Assembly: GCA_003158295.1 (NCBI GenBank)
Contig: PMIP01000059.1
Coordinates: 31,617 to 88,716 of the forward strand
Direction of reading: 5' to 3'
Length of the DNA: 57,100 bases
Source: Chloroflexota bacterium
GTDB taxonomy: Bacteria; Chloroflexota; Limnocylindria; Limnocylindrales; CSP1-4
Every line of letters starts with the position of its first letter. Position 1 is the first letter of the stretch. Of this stretch, positions 51,828 to 57,100 are shown in pieces. The notes under the pieces were generated by a model, which saw only the letters and a program-made list of their open reading frames with translations, made no database searches and was not told where the DNA came from. The translations under genes were made by a program, and so were the position numbers.

Positions 51828-51833
51828 AGTGTA
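51828..51833 (-). promoter_or_regulatory. -10-like TACACT 6 nt upstream of the cinA GTG (leaderless candidate)
   Basis: Minus strand reads ccgTACACTccggcgGTG. Confidence 0.35.
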
Positions 51834-51966
51834 CGGTCAGGCGGCTATAGCCGCCGCCGCCGGCGGTTACCTCCGCCGGGACCGGGCTGCCGGTCCGTGC
51901 CAACCGCCGCCTTGCCGGCCGCTGCTATGATCCGCCTGCTGTCACTCCCAAGCTGAAGGAATCCCC

Positions 51967-52797
51967 TTGGCCGACCGGCCCTCGCCGTCCGAATCTCCAG
52001 ATCCCTCGCCCGCTCAGGACCCCCAGTCCGAGATACCCGGTCTGGGCGAGCAGTTCGGCCGAACGCGAAACGCGTTGGTCGGGCTCATATCGGCCCACGT
52101 CAACCTGGCCAAGGCCGAGTTCGGCGAGATCGCCGGCCAGCTCAAGCGAGCGGCCGCGTTCGCCGGAATCGCACTCTTGCTGCTGTTCCTGGCTGGCATG
52201 CTTGTCGTGGTCGGGACTGCGCTCTTCTTCGGCGAGGTCTTCTTCCACTCGGTAGGTTGGGGAGTCCTGCTCGGCAGCGAGCTCTTCATCGGTGGGGCGG
52301 CCCTCCTGGTGTTGGCCATCATCGATCTCGGCTGGGCCAGAGCCTTCTCGAGCTTCGTCGTGGCACTCGGTATCGGTCTGGCGGTGACGGGGGTATTCGC
52401 CGTCGACTGGGCCGCGGTCAGCCGCAACAACTCAGGCCTGCCCGGCGGGTTCGTGCTCGCGGTCCTGACCGGCGTCGTGGTGTTCGGGCTGCTGGGCGCG
52501 GTTCTCGGCGCCAGCTTTGGGAGAGGCGCGGCCGCGGCCGGTCTGGTGGCGGGCGTGGTGTTTGGGGCGCTGCTCGGCGCGCTCGCGTCGGCACATCTCG
52601 GCCTGCGGGTCTCGGTGGCGCTCGGATTGGCCGCACTGCTGCTGTTCTGGCCGATTTGCGCGGCGGTCCTCGTCTTCCGGCACGGCTTCGACTTCGACAA
52701 GCTCAAGGATCGGTTCATGCCCGATCAGACAATCGCCACTACCAAGGAGACGATCGAGTGGGTTCGCGAACAGATGCCGCTCGGGCGGAAGTCGTAG
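51967..52797 (+). CDS. Membrane protein of the actinobacterial holin-X (phage holin 3_6)-like family, extended
   Basis: LVGLISAHVNLAKAEFGEIAGQLKRAAAFAGIALLLLF is the typical family N-terminus. At least five TM segments. TTG start with GAAGGA SD. Confidence 0.6.
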   Translation: MADRPSPSESPDPSPAQDPQSEIPGLGEQFGRTRNALVGLISAHVNLAKAEFGEIAGQLKRAAAFAGIALLLLFLAGMLVVVGTALFFGEVFFHSVGWGVLLGSELFIGGAALLVLAIIDLGWARAFSSFVVALGIGLAVTGVFAVDWAAVSRNNSGLPGGFVLAVLTGVVVFGLLGAVLGASFGRGAAAAGLVAGVVFGALLGALASAHLGLRVSVALGLAALLLFWPICAAVLVFRHGFDFDKLKDRFMPDQTIATTKETIEWVREQMPLGRKS

Positions 52798-53393
52798 CCC
52801 AACGCCAGGTTCTGCTGGACGAGGTCGTCAGGCTCGAAGCTGCGGCCCGGGCGGCGATCGACATCCCGGCGAAGATACGGCGTGCGCCGGCCAGGACGGC
52901 CGTGCTTGTGGCAGGGACCGCGTTCATGGCGCTCGGCGGGCCCAAGAGGGCGTACCGAGCGATTCGGCATGCCGTGCTCGGCCCGAAGGCGGACCTCCCC
53001 AAGTCGATGCTTCCCGAACAGATCGACAAGGCCCTGCGCTCGCTCGGCGACGACGGCGACCGGGTGCGCGGGCTGGTCGAGCGCGAGTTCGTCGGCTACC
53101 TGGAAAAGAACAAGCCCGTCCGCGAAGCCCGCGACCTGCGAGGCACTGTCTCCGAGCTGGGCGGGAACATCCTGCGGCCGGTGACCGCCCAGGCGGGCAA
53201 GCGGCTCGCAAAGGAACTCTTCTCGCCCGAAGGAGGCGGCTTCGCCGAGGCCATGACTCGGATGCAGGCACGCCGCGACGCCCATCAAGCAGCTCAGGAT
53301 GCCGCCCCGGCACCGGCCGGCGGCGAGACCGGCTCGGGCTTCGTACCGGAGCCACGCCGCGGCCGCGGTCGCAACGTGCTACGCCCGCGCTGA
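52758..53393 (+). CDS. DUF3618-like coiled-coil protein with one TM
   Basis: GTG start with AAGGAGA 7 nt upstream. Overlaps the preceding gene by 40 nt. The longer track ORF from 52257 is rejected. Confidence 0.5.
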   Translation: MGSRTDAARAEVVAQRQVLLDEVVRLEAAARAAIDIPAKIRRAPARTAVLVAGTAFMALGGPKRAYRAIRHAVLGPKADLPKSMLPEQIDKALRSLGDDGDRVRGLVEREFVGYLEKNKPVREARDLRGTVSELGGNILRPVTAQAGKRLAKELFSPEGGGFAEAMTRMQARRDAHQAAQDAAPAPAGGETGSGFVPEPRRGRGRNVLRPR

Positions 53394-53460
53394 TCTCCGC
53401 GCGGCTCGGGTCGCGCCGTTGCCCCAACCCGTACTAGACCCCGCTAGACTCTGTGGCCAC

Positions 53461-53548
53461 GGGCGAGTGGCGGAATGGCAGACGCGCCAGCCTTAGGAGC
53501 TGGTGCCGCGTATGCGGCGTGTCGGTTCGACCCCGACCTCGCCCACCA
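53461..53548 (+). tRNA. tRNA-Leu (anticodon UAG), CCA encoded
   Basis: Acceptor stem GGGCGAG/CTCGCCC. Anticodon stem-loop CCAGC-CTTAGGA-GCTGG. Long variable arm GCCGC-GTAT-GCGGC. T arm GTCGG-TTCGACC-CCGAC. Discriminator A followed by CCA. Confidence 0.9.
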
Positions 53549-53589
53549 CCTCTTGCCGACGGGCGGTCGAGCGATGGTCCATCCGCAGT

Positions 53590-53614
53590 GGGCCGTGCTC
53601 CCTCGGCACGGCCC
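53590..53614. terminator. 9-bp perfect hairpin between tRNA-Leu and the convergent hydrolase gene
   Basis: gggccgtgc-tccctcg-gcacggccc. No T tract on either strand. Confidence 0.35.
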
Positions 53615-53634
53615 CGGGGGTTCCGTCGGGTCGA

Positions 53635-55425
53635 CTACCGCCACAACCAGGCGAGCGTGATGGCGGCCATCTCCACGCCGATGACGGTCAGGAGCCCGAA
53701 TTCGATCGCGGGAACGATCCGGCTGGGCCGCTCCGGCGTCTTCTGGTGGGCGGCCTGACGCTCGCGGCGATCCCAGCTGCCCCAGAACCCGGTGCCCACC
53801 CTGGCCAGCACCAGGAACGCGAGTCCGACGACGGCCACGCCGAGGCCCCACTGGCCGATGGTCCGCAGGAAGGGCGGCCAGCTCGCGAGTCCCGAGATCC
53901 AGTCGAGCGGGCCGGCGATGGTTTCGTGGCCCGGCACGGTGCGCCACCATTCCGCGAAGGCGCCGCCCAGGCGGCCGGGCCCGTGCAGCCCCGGAATCCC
54001 AAGCGCGGCGGTCAGGGTCGCGATGCCGAGAGGGATGGCGGCCAGCAGAGCGGTCTCCCACCTCCACGCCGCCAGCACGCCGACGCGCACGCGCCGCCAG
54101 GCCGCGCGCACCATCGCCAGGCTCGAGTCCCGGAAGAACCGCGAGTCACTTGCGTGGCCCGTGGGCGTGTCGATCTCCTGGAGCAACGGGATCAGGAACT
54201 CTTCGTCGTTGTCCCAGTACGCGCCGTGGTCTTCGAGGATGCTCATCAGGTTGACGATCTCGTGGCTGTGGCGCCGGACGAGCTTGGCGCTGGCCGGTGG
54301 ATGGATCGGGCCGGCGGGTGCCGGATCGTATGTCGACCAGAAGTCGGCCCAGCGCAACTTGGGGCGCATGGCGCGGAGATCGCCCCGCAGTCGGGAGGCC
54401 GCGGGCAGGCCCTTGTAGGCGTTGTCGATGCGCCAGGCCAGACCCAGGCCCTCGCCCAGGGTGATGAGCTTGTCCACCGGTTCGGCGTGGTAGGCGGGGT
54501 CGCACAGCGTCTCAAAGCTGACGATCGCCCCGCCGGAGTGAGCCACCACGACGATCGGGCCGCAGCCCTGGGCTCGGAGGCCGCTGATCGCATTGGCCAG
54601 ACGACTGCGGACGTTGGCCGACTGGATGTTGTCGTCGGCGACGTTGGGCAGTCCTCCGAACCAGCGGGTGAGGAACGTGTCGACCGACTTGAGGGTCGAC
54701 GAGTCCTGGAGCGCTTTGATTGGAATGCGCCTGAACGGGTCATACACGAGCAGGGCTAGCCAGATCAGGCAGTAGATCGGGACGAAGGCGAGGACGGTCA
54801 GCTTCATCTGGAGCCAGTCCAACCAGTAGATCCAGTCTCGCCGGCGAACCGGCATGGCCTTGAGCACCAGCGGCCCGTTGTCGTAGGTCCTCTCTCGCCT
54901 CGCGTATCCCCGAGCCACCCCGACCCGCCTCGTCCAGTTGCGTTCGCGCTGCTTGTAGCCCCTGCAGATGCCGCGCATGATCGGCAGCATCGCGCTCCGG
55001 ACGTAGTGGGTCATGGCCGGGAGAGTCGGCGGTCGAGTCGACTGCGCCCACCACGCCTCGGTGATCACCCAGCTCCCGGCCGGATGCCCGGCGTAGTCGC
55101 TTATCTCGAGGTCGAGATACGGCAGCTGGGCGCCCGTCTGGTCGTACGTGCAGCTGACGACGGGATCGCCGGGCACTTCGTGATCGCGGCGCCAGTCGAT
55201 CAGCAGATCGACGATCGGTCGCGACCAGTCGAGAAACGTCCCGCACGCCGCCTGATCGCCGATGCCGTGCACGAAGACCACGCCGGTTCGATTCGGATCG
55301 GCCGGCCGGGGAGGTGCGGTCGGCTGGACCGCGGGGGCCTGCGACGCGGAACCGGGCGCTCCCGGACCACCCGGCGGCTCATCCCGCTGGGCGGTCTTCG
55401 ATCGGCTGTTTCGGGCGGCCGGCAC
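53635..55425 (-). CDS. Membrane-embedded alpha/beta-hydrolase-like protein (596 aa) with TM segments inserted between catalytic motifs
   Basis: VVFVHGIGD (oxyanion-region HG), VVVAHSGGAI (nucleophile elbow), STYDP and EDHGAYW (candidate Asp and His). One TM segment pair follows the first motif and three or four lie at the C-terminus. GTG start. Confidence 0.6.
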   Translation of the reverse strand: MPAARNSRSKTAQRDEPPGGPGAPGSASQAPAVQPTAPPRPADPNRTGVVFVHGIGDQAACGTFLDWSRPIVDLLIDWRRDHEVPGDPVVSCTYDQTGAQLPYLDLEISDYAGHPAGSWVITEAWWAQSTRPPTLPAMTHYVRSAMLPIMRGICRGYKQRERNWTRRVGVARGYARRERTYDNGPLVLKAMPVRRRDWIYWLDWLQMKLTVLAFVPIYCLIWLALLVYDPFRRIPIKALQDSSTLKSVDTFLTRWFGGLPNVADDNIQSANVRSRLANAISGLRAQGCGPIVVVAHSGGAIVSFETLCDPAYHAEPVDKLITLGEGLGLAWRIDNAYKGLPAASRLRGDLRAMRPKLRWADFWSTYDPAPAGPIHPPASAKLVRRHSHEIVNLMSILEDHGAYWDNDEEFLIPLLQEIDTPTGHASDSRFFRDSSLAMVRAAWRRVRVGVLAAWRWETALLAAIPLGIATLTAALGIPGLHGPGRLGGAFAEWWRTVPGHETIAGPLDWISGLASWPPFLRTIGQWGLGVAVVGLAFLVLARVGTGFWGSWDRRERQAAHQKTPERPSRIVPAIEFGLLTVIGVEMAAITLAWLWR

Positions 55426-55551
55426 GATGCCGCAAACGTAGCCCAGCCGGGCTTCGGCTGTCTATCGGCTGGACGACAGCAAGTGGGGACCGCGCTCGGC
55501 GGCATGTTGGGACCCGCACGCCGTCCTCCGGCTGCCAGACGCCCCGGCACC

Positions 55552-55557
55552 TATAAT
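55552..55557 (+). promoter_or_regulatory. Consensus TATAAT 9 nt upstream of the tig ATG
   Basis: cacctataatcggccgacgATG. No SD, which implies a leaderless or very short leader mRNA. Confidence 0.45.
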
Positions 55558-55566
55558 CGGCCGACG

Positions 55567-57000
55567 ATGCAGACCACCAACACGCCTCTTCCCAACTCCC
55601 GGCTCGCACTCGAGTTCGAACTACCGCCGGAACGCCTCAGTCGCGCCATAGACCAGGCCGTGACCCGCCTCTCTCGTCAGACCCGCGTTCCCGGCTTCCG
55701 GCCGGGCAAGGCGCCCCGAGTGATGCTCGACAGGTTCCTGGGCAGCACAGCCATCATGGACGAGGCCGTCGACCAACTCGTCGAGGATGCCTTCCGAGAG
55801 GCCGTCGTCGAGCAGGACCTATCCCCGCTGACAACGCCAGAGATCGAGATCTCCCAGCGCGAAGAGGGCAAGCCGCTCATCTTCAAGGCCACGGTGCAGG
55901 TTCGGCCGGACGTGCAGCTCGGCGACTACGAGCATTTCGCTTTCAAGCCGGAAGTCCAGCCCGTCGATGAGACGATGGTCGAGAAAGTGATCGAGGAGCT
56001 GCGCGACAGCCAGAGCAGCCTGGAGCACGTGGACGGGCGAGGCGCCGAGGCCGGCGACTACGCCGTCGTCTCTTTCGTCGGCACCCGCGACGGAGTCCCT
56101 TTCCCGGGCGGGTCGTCGGAGCGAATGCCGCTGATCATCGGCGAGTCTCGGCTGATCCCAGGCTTCGAGGAGAAGCTCCTCGGGCAGGCAAAGGGCGAGA
56201 AGCGCGAGTTCGACATCGTCTTCCCGGAAAACTACCAGGAAGAGTCGCTCCGGGGCCAGACCGCCCACTTCTCCGTGGAACTCCTGGAGCTTCGCGCCAA
56301 GGTCCTGCCAGAGGCCAACGACGAATTCGCGCGGTCGGTGGGAAAGTTCGCCGACATGGCCGCCCTCACGGCCGAGCTGCGCAAGCAGCTCGAGGCGAAC
56401 GCTCTCGATCGGGCCCGCCACGAATTCGCCGACAAGATCATCGAGTACGCGACCGGCAACGCGACGCTGGAAGTCCCCGACATCCTGGTCGAGCAGGAAG
56501 TCGACGTCATGCAGGATGAGATGAGATCCGCGCTCGCACGCCAGGGGATCAGCGAGGAGGCGTATCTCAAGGTCACCAACAAGACCGCGGAGGAGGTCCG
56601 GCAGGAATCACGCCCGGCGGCCGAGAAGCGCGTCAAGACGCTGCTGGTCGTCTCCGAGATCGCCAAGGCCAAGGGGGTCGAGGCGCCCGAAGCCCTGGTC
56701 CAGGCCGAGATCGATCAAGCTCGTTCTCGCTACGCCAGCGACCAGAACCTGATCCGCTACTTCGAGTCTGAACGCGGCCGCAGCTACATCCGGAGCACGA
56801 TCCGGCGATCTCGGACGGTGGAGCAGCTGATCGACGAGTGGCTCGCGGACCACCCCGATTCGCCGCGGATAGCCCACATCGAGGAAGTCAAGGAAGGCTC
56901 GTCGGTAGGGACCCCATCGGCCGAGGCGGCAGCTTCGGTCGGGGCCGCCGATCCGGAGGGCGTCACGCCGCAGGAAGCACCTGCTCAGGCCGGCGCGTAG
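55567..57000 (+). CDS. tig: Trigger factor
   Basis: [17 protein letters not shown] ribosome-binding signature, a central FKBP-type PPIase ([20 protein letters not shown]...[11 protein letters not shown]) and a C-terminal arm domain. Confidence 0.95.
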   Translation: MQTTNTPLPNSRLALEFELPPERLSRAIDQAVTRLSRQTRVPGFRPGKAPRVMLDRFLGSTAIMDEAVDQLVEDAFREAVVEQDLSPLTTPEIEISQREEGKPLIFKATVQVRPDVQLGDYEHFAFKPEVQPVDETMVEKVIEELRDSQSSLEHVDGRGAEAGDYAVVSFVGTRDGVPFPGGSSERMPLIIGESRLIPGFEEKLLGQAKGEKREFDIVFPENYQEESLRGQTAHFSVELLELRAKVLPEANDEFARSVGKFADMAALTAELRKQLEANALDRARHEFADKIIEYATGNATLEVPDILVEQEVDVMQDEMRSALARQGISEEAYLKVTNKTAEEVRQESRPAAEKRVKTLLVVSEIAKAKGVEAPEALVQAEIDQARSRYASDQNLIRYFESERGRSYIRSTIRRSRTVEQLIDEWLADHPDSPRIAHIEEVKEGSSVGTPSAEAAASVGAADPEGVTPQEAPAQAGA

Positions 57001-57026
57001 AGCAGGCCAGTAGAGAGGAAACAACG

Positions 57027-57100
57027 ATGCTCGTGCCGATGGTGATCGAGTCCTCGAGCCGAGGCGAGCGTGCCTACGACATCTACTCGCGGCTGCTCCG
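57027..57100 (+). CDS. clpP: ATP-dependent Clp protease proteolytic subunit, 3'-truncated by window edge
   Basis: [24 protein letters not shown] matches the conserved ClpP N-terminus. Follows tig, as in many genomes. Confidence 0.85.
   Translation, partial: MLVPMVIESSSRGERAYDIYSRLL

Noticed and set aside
53461-55566. tRNA-Leu-linked genomic island containing the 596-aa hydrolase
   Set aside because: There is no integrase. I could not find a direct repeat of the tRNA 3' end between 55426 and 55566. I saw no compositional shift by eye.

Overview
High-GC (about 68-72% from hand counts of a few lines) chromosomal segment. It probably comes from an actinobacterium-like or Chloroflexota-like lineage: many apparently leaderless genes, a holin-X/DUF3618-like pair, and an ArsR regulator with a large N-terminal domain. 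I call about 55 protein genes and one tRNA-Leu(UAG). I saw no transposase, integrase, CRISPR array or rRNA. The flanks are housekeeping genes (carB at the 5' edge, tig-clpP at the 3' edge). Main blocks in order: (1) 2.7-7.3 kb, a same-strand cassette of M50 site-2 protease, TlpA-like thioredoxin, CcdA, ECF sigma and a membrane protein carrying an orphan SecD P1-head domain. (2) An ArsR-type regulator, a mini-protein and an MFS transporter. (3) An M16 peptidase pair, a degenerate PfkB-like protein and a rhomboid. (4) A glycosyltransferase and an OmpR/His-kinase pair. (5) An ABC-2 exporter operon ending in rsgA, preceded by a promoter, a roughly 190-nt structured RNA and an intrinsic terminator. 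(6) A LacI-controlled L-arabinose locus (ytfQRT-yjfF-like transporter, araA, araD, Zn-dehydrogenase, FGGY kinase, class II aldolase). Its transporter part has lower GC and includes a permease fused to a Cys-rich external domain plus an uncharacterised lipoprotein. (7) Miscellaneous enzymes. (8) A cAMP signalling cluster (class III cyclase-STAND ATPase, Crp, stand-alone cNMP-binding protein). (9) cinA, the holin-like pair, tRNA-Leu and a membrane-embedded split alpha/beta hydrolase. The best candidates for something undescribed are the S2P/ECF/SecD-P1 cassette, the structured leader RNA of the ABC-2/rsgA operon, and the accessory parts of the arabinose transporter. All functional calls rest on motif recognition by eye, and no database search was possible.
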